Origin: Caecitellus pseudoparvulus
Taxonomy: Eukaryota > Protista > Bigyra: Bicosoecida
Reading direction: 5' to 3'
Assembly (NCBI GenBank): GCA_965644315.1
Contig: CBFFRQ010000069.1
Span: 620,001-684,000 of the forward strand
Length of the DNA: 64,000 nt
Positions 37,001 through 47,642 of the stretch are shown piece after piece. Position numbers and translations under genes: made by a program. The notes below the pieces were generated by a model, which was given only the letters and a program-made list of their open reading frames with translations, made no database searches and was not told where the DNA came from. How positions within the stretch are numbered: position 1 is the stretch's first letter; each line of letters opens with the position of its first letter.

Positions 37001-40000
37001 CGCTGCCAGCCACGCTCACGGTGTCGTTTGCGCAGATGGTGGGAATGGCTGACCCTGCAGGGCAGTAGAAGCCGCCAGGGCACAGCTCGCCGGTCACACT
37101 TGCCGCGCCAGAGGTGCAGAAGTAGCCAGCAGCGCATGGAAGGAGGGCACCGCCCACACATGCCAGGCCTGGAGGGCAGGCTGTGCACTGGCCAGCCGTC
37201 GCAAGGCCAGTGTTGTTGCTGTACGTGCCGTCCGGGCAGGTAACCTCGTCCGCGGAGGCGCCCGCACAGTACCCGCCAGCATCGCACACCGCTGGGTCCA
37301 CAGTGCCGACAGAGCACTCGAAGCCGAAGGGGCACGCGTCGCAGGCAGTGGCATTGTATCCACGCCCATACCTGCCGGCAGCACATGGGGCTGGCGACGT
37401 GGCACCAGCGGCGCAAACTGTCCCCGGTCCACACGGGTTCCCGGCAGAGTAAGTCAAGGAGGGCTGAGGCGTGCCCGAACCCGCGCCACACTGAAAGCCG
37501 GGCAGGCACTGGCCACCTGAAGTGCCATCCACGGGGGTTGCAGTTGTGGCGTTTCTGAGACAGAAGTGCCCTGCAGCACACGGCCCAGCGGGGGTCGTGC
37601 GGCCTGTCGTGTCACAGTACTGCCCTTGCCCACACTGCTCGCACTGGCTGGTGTTGGTCAGACCCACGCGGGAGCTGAAGGTGCCCAGCGGGCAAGAGAG
37701 GTCAGCGCCGCTGCTCTGGGCTGGCCCACACACGCGTCCCGCCGGGCAGTCCTGTGGCTCTGTGAGGCCTGTGGAAGGGCAGAAGTTACCTTCCAAGCAG
37801 GGAGTGCACGTGGGCTCCGACTGGTTGTGGCTCTTCTCAAAGCTGCCCACTGGGCAGGGAGTGGGTGCTGACGAGCCCTCAGGACAGTACGATCCAGCAG
37901 TGCAGTTCAACGAGGGTGTGATTGTGCCAGGCTCGCAGTAAAACCCAGCGGGGCATGCAAACTCAGCAGTCACATTCGTCATGCCTGCGAGCGGGCAGAA
38001 CGCCCCGGCGGGGCAAAGCAAGCAATCAGTTGAAGCCTGCAAGCCAGTTGTCGTGGGCGCAGTGTAACGGCCCGGGGGGCACAGCTGCGGCGCTGGTGTG
38101 CCCGCTGGGCAGTACGCGCCAGCAGGGCAGACGTTGCCCGTGACGCCGTCCGTGGGCATGGCGGACACGGCAGACGCATTGCAGTAGAAACCAGCTGCGC
38201 ATGTGCCGTCGGGCGCTGTGGCCCCTGTGGAGGCACAGAATGACCCAGCAGGACAGTCAGTACACTCGTCAGCTGTAGCCAGCCCTGTCGAATTGCCGAT
38301 GGTGCCGGCTGGGCATGGCTGCAGGGTCCCAGAGCTCTGGCCGGGGCCGCAAAAGTACCCGGCTGGGCACTGCACCGGCTCTTCCAGGCCACTGGCGGAG
38401 AACGGGCAGTAGTGGCGGTCTGGACACCCGACACACGAGGCTGCACCCTTCACAGGGCCGTACGTCCCTGCCGCGCAAGGGCTCGGCGACGGCACCCCAG
38501 CACCGCAGAAGTGGCCAGCGGGACACGTTTCGTTGGGGTAAATGGTTCCCTGCGGGCAAAAGAAGCCAGCTAAGCAAGGAAGCAAGGCGGGATCCGTTGC
38601 CGCTGCGTTGGGACAGTACACGCCGGCAGGGCAGGGTGTGCAGTCGTCCACAGAGTCCATGCCAGTGTCGTTGCGGTGGGTGCCAGGCGGGCACGCGACG
38701 GGTGATGAGATGCCAGACGGGCAATAGTAGCCACGAGGGCAAATGGAGCCCGTGTGGGTCCCATTCTGGGACTGCCCAGGCTGTGATGAGGCGCACGTGT
38801 ACCCAGGCGGGCAATCGCTGTCTGTGGGGTCGCTCTGGCTGGCAGCGCCGATGCAGAAATGCCCCCCGTCACAAACTGGTCCAGGAGCAGTCATGGCAGC
38901 TGCGCTGCAGTACTTGCCAGGCGGGCAGGCTTCACACTGCGCTGCCTGCCACGCTCCAGCGATGTCGCTGAATGTTCCTGCAGGACAGGGGTTGGCGATT
39001 GCCGATGTGGAGCCTGCAGGGCACCAGTACCCCGCAGAGCACTGTACGGGGTCCACTGTACCTGCCCCACAGGCGAAGCCTGGTGGGCACTGCTTGCAGG
39101 TGGCTTGCCCCGTTTCATTCTGGAACAATCCAGGGGAGCAAGCGGTGGGAGTGGAGGCGCCCTCGGGGCAAAAGTGACCACTCCAGCAGAGGAGCAGAGG
39201 GGACGTCGTGCCAAGGGGACAGTAGAAGCCTTCAGGGCAGGACAGCGTGGCCAGCACAGTCCCAGTCCTGGGACAGTACATGCCTGCGGGGCACGCTTCG
39301 CAGTCGTCCACCGAGTCTTGGGCAGTGGCGTTGTTGTACGTGCCGTTGGGGCACACCTGCGGACGCGTGCTGCCCGAGGGGCAGAAGTGCCCTGCAGGGC
39401 AAACGTCTCCAATTACACCCACACCAAAGCGCTGCTCTTCGCCCGCGGGCGTGGCGGTCCATGAACCACTCTGGCAGTAGTAGCCGCCAGCACAGGGCCC
39501 GTCAGGGGACGAGCTGGTGCGTTGAGCACCAGGGCAAAACGCCCCCGCCGTGCATGGGACGGGGGAAACACTACCCTCTGGGCAGTACTCGCCGGGGACA
39601 CACGGGCCCCCCGTGCCGTCGCTGGCATCCGCCACTGTAGATGAGCCATTGCAGTAAAAGCCTGCGCTGCAGGCTCCAGTGGGAACGACGTTGCCAGTCC
39701 CAGCGCAAAAACTGCCTGCGGGGCACGGACTGCAGTCGTCCAGTGCAGTACCGCCGGTGGCGTTCCGGTACGTCCCAGCAGGGCAAGGTGACCCTGTACC
39801 AGACGTGGAACCCGCGGGGCAGAAGTGGCCAGCTGGGCACACACCTGACTCGGCTGTCCCCGTGAAGGCGGTGCTGTTGCCGGTGCAAAAGAAGCCTTCG
39901 GGGCAAACTGTGCACGGGGTGGTGGTTCCAGGCTGAGCAGAGTACCGACCTGCAGCACACCCAGTCGGCGAAATCGAGCCTGCGGGACACCACGTGCCAG

Positions 40001-43000
40001 GTGGGCAGATGTCACCCCCGACATCACCATGCGGTGGCACATCCTCGACTCCCGTTGAAGGGCGGGACGACTGGACTCCCTGGACACAGTAGAAGCCCGC
40101 GTCGCAAGGCCCTTCTGGCAGCGGCAAGCCGGCCACGCTGCAGAACTGCCCCGCATCGCAGAGCTGGCAGTCTGCTTCGCTCTGAGCCGCAGTGCCATTC
40201 AAGTAGGTGCCGGGTGGGCAAAGGGTTGGGAATGCGGAGCCAAGCGGGCAGAAGGAGCCCTCGGGGCACGGCAGGTTTGTCGTGTTTGACGCGCCATCGC
40301 CTCCCCGACTGCTAATCGCACCGCCTAGGCAGTAGTACCCAGCGTCACAGTCCCCTGACGGCATCTGCAGATCGGAACTGGCGCAGTACTTGCCAGCATC
40401 GCAAGGCAGGCAATCCGTCTCATCCACAGTGCCAGTTAGGGGCTGGTAGGTGCCTGCAGGGCAGCTCACAGCACCAGTCATGCCGGTGACGTTGCAGTAC
40501 CCCCCTGCTGGACACGGCGTTGGGATCTCTGTGCCGGTGCCACTGCAAATCGTGCCAATGGGGCACGGGTCGCATTGCACTCTGCCTGTTGTGTTTGCGT
40601 AGCGCCCTGCAGGGCAGGCCGTCGGAGAGGAGGAGTTGGTGGGGCAGCTTGACCCTGCCGGACACACGCCGCCCAGAGCGGGAACTGCTCCACTGGGCGT
40701 GGAGCTCTCCGTGCTTCCGGCACAGAAGAAGCCCTCGCGGCATTCCTGGGGGAGGATGCTGCCAGTGGGGCACGCAAAGCCCGGTGGGCAGGCTGTGCAC
40801 GCGGTGGGGGAGCCGGCCAAGGTGCCGGGCTGATAGCGCCCGGCAGGGCATGGGTCACCCACAACGGACCCTGCTTCGCAGTACTGGCCGGGTGGGCACT
40901 CCAACCCTGCCGGGTTGCGCACTTCTTGACCAGGTGGACAGTAGTACCCCGCATCGCAAGGGCCAGAGGGCGCCGTCAGCCCGTTCGTGCCACAGTATGA
41001 CCCTGCCCTGCAGAGAAGACACTCCTCCTCTGAGCGCACGCCTTGCTCTGCGGAGTACCGCCCTAGGGGGCACAGAGTGTCCGTCTCATTGCCCGGGGGG
41101 CAGAAGCTGCCAGCGGGGCACACCGTGGGCTCAGTCATGCCGAGCACGGGGCAGAAGAAGCCGGCAGGGCAGGGCTGGCACACGGCTTGCTTGCGCAGGG
41201 GGTTATAGGTGCCTGGTAGGCACTGCAGCGGGGCAGACGAGCCTTCGGGCGCATACGTGCCTGCCGGGGCCTCGAATTGGAACGGGTTCTCGGCGCCACC
41301 AGTGCAGAAGTACCCCGCAGAGCAGTTGCCAGTGGGTGCAGGCAAAGTGCTGCCAGAGCAGTAGGTGCCTGCGTCACACTGCTGGCAGTCGTCGCTGGAC
41401 GCCTGACCCTGACTTTGGAGGTAAGTGCCCTTGGGGCACGGCTGTGGATCCCAGCTCCCCGCGGGGCAGTAGGAGCCTGCTGGGCAGATGCCACCATACG
41501 AGCCCTCGCCCACGCCGGCTGTCAAGCCGCCTTTGTCCCAGTCAACAGGCTCAGACAGCTCCGGCTGCGCAGTTGCGCTGCCCTGCACGCAGAAGAAGCC
41601 AGGGTCGCACAGGCCCCGCGGGGCGGACATGCCGACTTCATCACAATAGTAGCCAGGCAGGCACAAGCGGCAGTGCCCCTCAGAGGAAAGGCCAGTGCCG
41701 TTGCCGAAACGGCCTTTGGGGCAGGGAACGGGGTACTCGGTGCTGGCGGGGCAGTACGATCCAGGCGGGCACAGCTCAGGCAAGGCAGCGCCCTCCACGC
41801 AGAATCCGCCTTCAGGGCAGGCCAGGCAGTCTCCTTGGCTGGCAGCACCAGTTGTGTCCCGGTACGAGCCCCCTGCGCAGTGCACTTGCGTCGGGGAAGT
41901 GGAGCCGATGGGGCAGTAGTACCCCCAACCGCAAGGGCCAGAAGGGTTGATGGAGCCCTCCAGGCAGTAGCTGCCGGCCGGGCAGGGGTCGCAAGTTCCA
42001 TGCCCAGGGGCGTCCGCGAATGTACCTGGGGGGCAGGGAACGGGGTACGGCTCCCGACTGCCAACGCCATCTTCACCTCCGCCCTCTGGGCACTGAAAGC
42101 CCACGGGGCAGTCATCCGCTGGCGACACGGGCACGTGGTCCATGCCCGTGGGGCAGAAGGCGCCCGCTGCACATCGCCGGTTTGTGCGCATGTCGGTCCA
42201 CGACACAGACACCGCATCGCAATGGTGCCCGAACAGGCAGGGGCTGCAGGTTGCCTCGCCGTCGTCGGAATACCGACCCAGCCCACACGGCACTGGGTCG
42301 GATGTGCCGGGCGGGCACTCGAACCCACCCGGACAAACTGGGCATTCAGCTGGGTGGCTGCCGCCGGTGCGCTGGGGCGCCTGTGCGCCCACAGCGCTGG
42401 AGTATGAACCCCCTTCGCAGGGCACCGGATACACCGTGCCTTCAAGGCAGTAATGTCCCACTGGGCACAAGTCACAGTCTGTGCTGGCTTGGGCGTTCAG
42501 GGCGATGCGGTACCTTCCTGCCGGGCATGGGAACTCAGTGCTAGCAGTGGTGCCAGCGGGGCAATAGTGCCCTGCAGGACAGTCGTCGGTAACGGTGTCC
42601 TCACCACCCTCGCAATAGAAGCCAGCGTCACACTCAGTGCACTGCAGGGCGCTTTCGGCGGAGGTGGTGGGTGTGTACCGCCCCTTGGGGCAGGCAAACT
42701 CCCGCTGGCGCTGCGTGCCGGCGGGGCAGTAGTGCCCCTTAGCGCAGGGAATTGGCTGCTCAGACGCCACGCCTGTCCTGCGGGGGCAAGCGAAGCCTGC
42801 CGGGCACTGGAGGCAGTCGTCTTCGCTGGTGGCGTTGACATAGGGCATGTACGTGCCGGCCGGGCACTGGTACTCAGTGCAGATGGCCGTGCCAGAAGGG
42901 CAGTAGAAGCCCTTGCAGCAGTCCCGGTTGCTTGCTGACAGACCACTGCCATCACAGACTCGCCCCGCCTCGCAGGGCAGGCAGCCATCTGCAAAGCCGA

Positions 43001-46000
43001 CGTTGACTGTCGGGTTGTACGTCCCTGACCGGCAGGGGATGGGTGAGTTGGAGGCGTCCGGGCAGTAGTGGCCCAGCGGGCACGTCACGCAGTCGCCCGG
43101 CGCAGTCAGGCCGGTGTTGTTGGAGTACGTGCCAGCTGCACATGGGTACTGTGTGTCGATGCCTGTGCCTGCTTCACAGAAGAAGCCCTCCTCACAGGGC
43201 ACTGGTGCCACGGCACCCTCCATGCAGTAGGAGCCCGCTGGACACTCGATGCACGCCGTGAGCAAGCTCTGCCCCGTCGCGCCATTGTACCTGCCGACAG
43301 GACAAGGGTACTCTGTGCGGAAGGCGGTGCCTGTGGGGCAAATGTGCCCCGCGGGGCAGGTGTCGCGGTACTCATCTGTCGCTGCAGAGGAGGCGTACTG
43401 CTCGCAGTACTCTCCGGCTGGGCAGATCGTGCAGGCTGCCTGGAAACTGCCGGCGCAGGTGGCTCCAGAGGCATGGTAGCCTGCTGGGCACGGCGTCAGC
43501 AGCTGCCCCAGCGTGGGGGGCAGCGCATCCTCATACGGATTGAACCAAAAGCCTTCTGGGACGTTGCACGCTCCAGCGTCGTTGTCCGCTGTGGTGGCCC
43601 CCGCGCCACATAGAACACCCGGGTCGCAGTACTGACACTGCACAGCTGTTGCAGAGCTGGCAAAGGTCCCGATGGGGCACTGGATGGGAGCCAAGGTTCC
43701 TTCATCCGGACAGTAGTTCCCTGCACCGCAATCTGTGCAGGTCGTCTGAGATGCGGGGGAGTACCGGCCGGGGGGACACACCTCTGGGTCTCGCCCGACA
43801 TTGGGGCAGGCATATCCTGCAGGGCAGGGCACGCACACAGCGTGGTGCTGGTTTGGGTCGGCTGAGGCCACCAGCTCGACGAGCCAATCCGTGCGAAAGG
43901 TGCCCGCCGTGCAAGCGGTGGTGGTCACGCCTGTCCCGGCGCCATTCACCGCACATGAGCTGCCGAAGGGGCATGTGCGGCAGGCTGCGTCTCCCCTGAA
44001 AGAGTACTGGTTGTTCGAAGGCAAGCAGTAGCCAGCTGGACGCGCGGCGCCCTCGTCAGGGCAAAACTGACCTGACGGACACTGCGAGCACAGGGCCGAG
44101 CCTGCAGGGGAGTAGGACCCAGCTGGACACTTGACGTTGCCTGAGATGCTGCTCTGGGAAGGGCAGGTGTACCCTGCGGGGCACTGCTGGCACACCGTGG
44201 CCCGCTCCAGGGCGTACGTGCCACCAGGACATGCCACAGGGCTGCCCCTGGGGTCTGGACAGTAGCTGCCCGCTGGGCAATCCACGCACGCGTCCAAGCC
44301 TGCGTTCACCGTGGTGCCTAGTGGGCAAGGGATGGGGGCGTCCAAGGCAGGGTAAGGGCAGATGTGCCCCGCCGGGCAGACGATGCAGGAAGTCATGCCA
44401 GGCCGGGAGTACTCGCCCGTCCCACAGGCCACGGGCGCCACAGCTGGGTCAGCGCATGAGGAGCCCGCTGGGCACTCCGTGCAGGTGGTGGCTGTCGCAG
44501 CGGAGTAGCTGCCAGCCGTGCAGCGCTCAGGGGGCGCTGACGTGGAGGGGCAAGCCGAGCCAGCCGGGCAGTCTGTGCAAGTGGTGGCAGCCTGCACTGC
44601 AGCATACCGGCCAGCAGTGCAGGCAGTCGCTTGCACTGGCCCGCTGGTGCTGCCACACTCAAACCCGACAGGGCACGCGACGCACTCGCCGCCGCTGGCA
44701 GACACGAAGTAGCCCGTGGGGCACGGCACAGGCTCTGTGCTGGGGTCCTGGCACGCATTGTCAGTGGGGCACACGGCACATGCGGTGCGGGAGGCAGTGG
44801 CGATGGACGGCGAACTGTACCTGCCTGGGGGGCACTCTGTCGGCAGCTCTGCAGCACTCGGGCATGCGTAGCCGTTGGGACACACCAAGCACACAGTGTA
44901 GCCTGCTGGGGAGTAACGCCCAGCAGCGCAGGCCACTGGTGCGACGGCCGGGTCCGTGCAGGCAGACCCCGCGGGGCACTCTGTGCAGCTGGTTGCCTGG
45001 GCAGCGTCTTGGTACGTGCCCACGGGGCATGGCTGAGGCAGCTCTGCGGGGGAGGGGCAGAAGAACCCCGCCCCACAGTCGTCACACCCCTGGCCGTCCC
45101 TGCCAGTCTGCGACGTAGTGCCCGCCGGGCAGGCCACCGGCTCCACAGCAGGGTCTGTGCAGTCGAAGCCGGGAGGGCACTCCACGCACAAGTCGCCGCC
45201 TGCTGCCGCCCAAGTGCCCGCGTCACACGCAGCGCAAGCGGCCTCCCCGCCCACCGACGTCTGGCCGGCGGGACAAGGGGTGGGCGCCGCACTTGCAGAG
45301 GCGCACGCGTGCCCTGCAGGGCACAGGGTGCAGCTGGCCGAGCCAGCGGTGTCGGCGTACGTGCCTGCTGCACAGGCGGTGCAGCCCTCCTCGCCATCGA
45401 CTGAAAAGGTGCCCGCAGCACAGGCCACAGGCGTCACTGCCTGGTCAGAGCAGTCGTAGCCTGCTGGGCACGGCTCGCAAGCTTCAGACCCAGCTTTGTC
45501 AGTGTACGTGCCTTCAGCGCAGGCGATGCAGGAGGCTTGGCCGGTAGGGGAGTATGTGCCTGCAGTGCACGGGGTGGGAGCAGCAGTACTGCTCGCACAA
45601 CTGTGCCCGGCAGGACACGGCACACAGAAGCCAGCGTTGCCCTGCTGGTACCTCCCAGTGGGGCAGTCTTCATCCACTGCAAAGGGCGCGGGGCACGCCT
45701 CACCACTTGGACAAGCAGTGCACGACGTCCTACCTGTGTCGCCTTCGGTGTATCTCCCTGCAGGGCACCTTGTAGGGGCAGTGTTGGCCGTACCGGGGCA
45801 GAGGAAGCCTTCCGGACACTCGATGCAGGCAGCCATGCCAGTGTAGGGCCCATACTCTCCAGCGACGCAGTCTGTGCAGTCCGCCACGCCCGCCCCCGAG
45901 GCTGTGCCAGCGGCACACAGTGTTGGCGTGGCACTGGCCGTGGAGCAGTCCATGCCAGCGGGACACTCTGTGCAGGCTGCGGCACCTGTACTGTCCGAGT

Positions 46001-47268
46001 ATCGGCCGGAGGCACAGGCGGCACAGTCTCCAGGCGCGTCCCCCCCGGTGGAAGGGTTCGCCGTGCCCGCCGAGCAAGGAGTCGGGAGGACTGTGCAGTC
46101 ACCGCCCAAGCAGTAGTGCCCTGCAGGGCAGGGGATGCACACCCCGCCAGACGTGCCGTCGGTCGCATTGCCTGCATAGGTACCTGCAGCGCAGGTAACC
46201 GTGCTGCTGCAAGCGGCTGTCGCGTCATTGTCGAAGATCTGCACGGTGATGATGTTGGACGGACGGGCTGGGACGCCATTGTACCCGCCGTCGGCCGAGG
46301 TGACGGCGTGTGTGAGCGTGCGGGAAAACACGCCCTCCACGCCATTGTCCACACCGTCGTCTGTGATGGTTACCGTCACGGTTTGGGGCGTGTTCCAGTT
46401 GCCAGTCGTGAAGGTGAGGGAGCCAGGTGCAGCAGCCAGCGTGCCGTCTTGTGGCGTGACGCTGACATCCACATCTGCAGTGGGAAGCGTGCCCAGCACG
46501 ACATTGTAAGTCACAGCTGACCCGCCCTCTGCGGCGATGAGGCTGCCGTTGGACAGCTCGACTGTGAATGGAACGAAGGTGGGCAGCAGTCAGGAGCGGC
46601 GTTTCGCGTTCGTCGCTGAGCGACCAAGGCATCCGAAAAGCAGCTCCGGCAGCACACCGAGGCACATGGCGAGCAGCGTTTAAGTCGCTCGCACAATGTC
46701 TATGTGCAGACATTGATGTAGGCCCACTCCTTGCACCCTGCTCAGCTTGCTCGACACACGTGAAGCGAGTGACGGCAGCAGGCGAGGCGAGGCGAAGTGC
46801 CCAGCTCAGGCCTTGGCAAAGAACCCCTGCATGCGTGCGGGGGCATCCACTCACCAATGGAGTCACGGCAGCTGCCCGAGACGAACAGGTCATGGGGAGC
46901 CAAGCAGACGCAGTCGGTTCGGCCGCCGTTGGACTGGGCATCTGTTGGGCACGCCAGGCAGTCTGCAGGGTCGTCGCCAATCCCCGCCTTGTACCTGTGC
47001 TCACAGCCAGGCGCAGAGGTGCAGTTGGTCCGTGAAGGCAGGGGGGCGCGGCAAGTGCCTGCACGTACGTGTACTGAGGGCACGCTGTGCAGGCGGAGGA
47101 GTCGTCCAGGTATAGCCCGGCGGCACACTGGGCAGCGGCAAACCCCGCACTGCCCAGGACAAGCAGTGCGGCCCTGCACAAGGATGGGGGCGAGGAGGGG
47201 GTGCAACGCGGGTGCAAGGGCTTGTTCATACACGTGTTCTTCCATCCGCACCATAAAACCGAGCGCAT
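28056..47268 (-). CDS. Giant type-I membrane protein: signal peptide, Calx-beta/cadherin-like domain, ~3500 aa of ephrin-receptor-like (GCC2/GCC3-type) Cys-rich repeats, single TM, ~2200-aa largely coiled-coil cytoplasmic tail; ~6255 aa
   Basis: Exons 47268-47252, 47173-47069, 46994-46855 and 46561-28056. Introns are 47251-47174, 47068-46995 and 46854-46562, all GT..CAG with compatible phases. The spliced N-terminus MRSVLWAALLVLGSAGFAAA-QC is a clear signal peptide. TYNVVL..PTADVDV..LTFTTGNWNTPQTVTV is a beta-sandwich pattern. CPAG.YC..G...P..C..G.Y recurs over ~46215-35690. TM segment WVFVAWTVVLFVLSVSLVVLGFCYC lies at ~34590-34665, followed by a basic stop-transfer stretch and an E/A/R/K/Q-rich helical tail. 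Confidence 0.88.
35690..46215 (-). repeat. Coding tandem array of Cys-rich (ephrin_rec_like / TNFR-like) repeats
   Basis: Many dozens of diverged CPxGxYC/CxxCPxG units over ~10.5 kb. On the plus strand they appear as recurring gggca / cagta / gcagaa motifs. Confidence 0.9.
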
Positions 47269-47642
47269 GGTCGGCCAGGGAGGCAGCTCAATACGTAACG
47301 GCGTGCTGCCGAGCCTGGCAGCTCAGGCTGGAGCCGTCGACTGCGAGACCTCCTGACACTGGGAGGGAGGTTGACTTTGCTAGAAGGAGGGCTGCATACA
47401 AGTCGCACGAGGAGGCAACGTCATGTAGCTCTCGGAATGGTTGGTTTCGTGCTGCAAATTTTGATTCTGGGCCAGCTGTGCTCCTGCTCGAAGAAGTGCA
47501 GCGTGTGTGATCACCGATGCACACACATGGCGCGTCTTGAACAAATGACAACACAACCCCATGCTGCAGTGATCCCCATGTGGCGCACGTTTCTAAATGG
47601 GACCTCTGCGGTACAGCCGCGCAGGCGAGCAAGTCAGGGGCC
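47269..47642. promoter_or_regulatory. Putative bidirectional promoter between the giant Cys-rich gene and the LRR-like ORF
   Basis: 374-nt spacer between divergent starts, containing the AT-rich island AAATTTTGA at 47456-47464. Confidence 0.4.

Noticed and set aside
35690-46215. Recurring gggca/cagta motifs that might suggest a CRISPR-like or satellite array
   Set aside because: These are codons for CP.G and YC in a protein repeat. There are no identical direct repeats with unique spacers and no cas genes, and the context is eukaryotic.
30703-46520. Many 200-530 aa alternative-frame and antisense ORFs over the giant Cys-rich gene
   Set aside because: They are by-products of repetitive, GC-rich codons, with low-complexity translations and no domain signatures.
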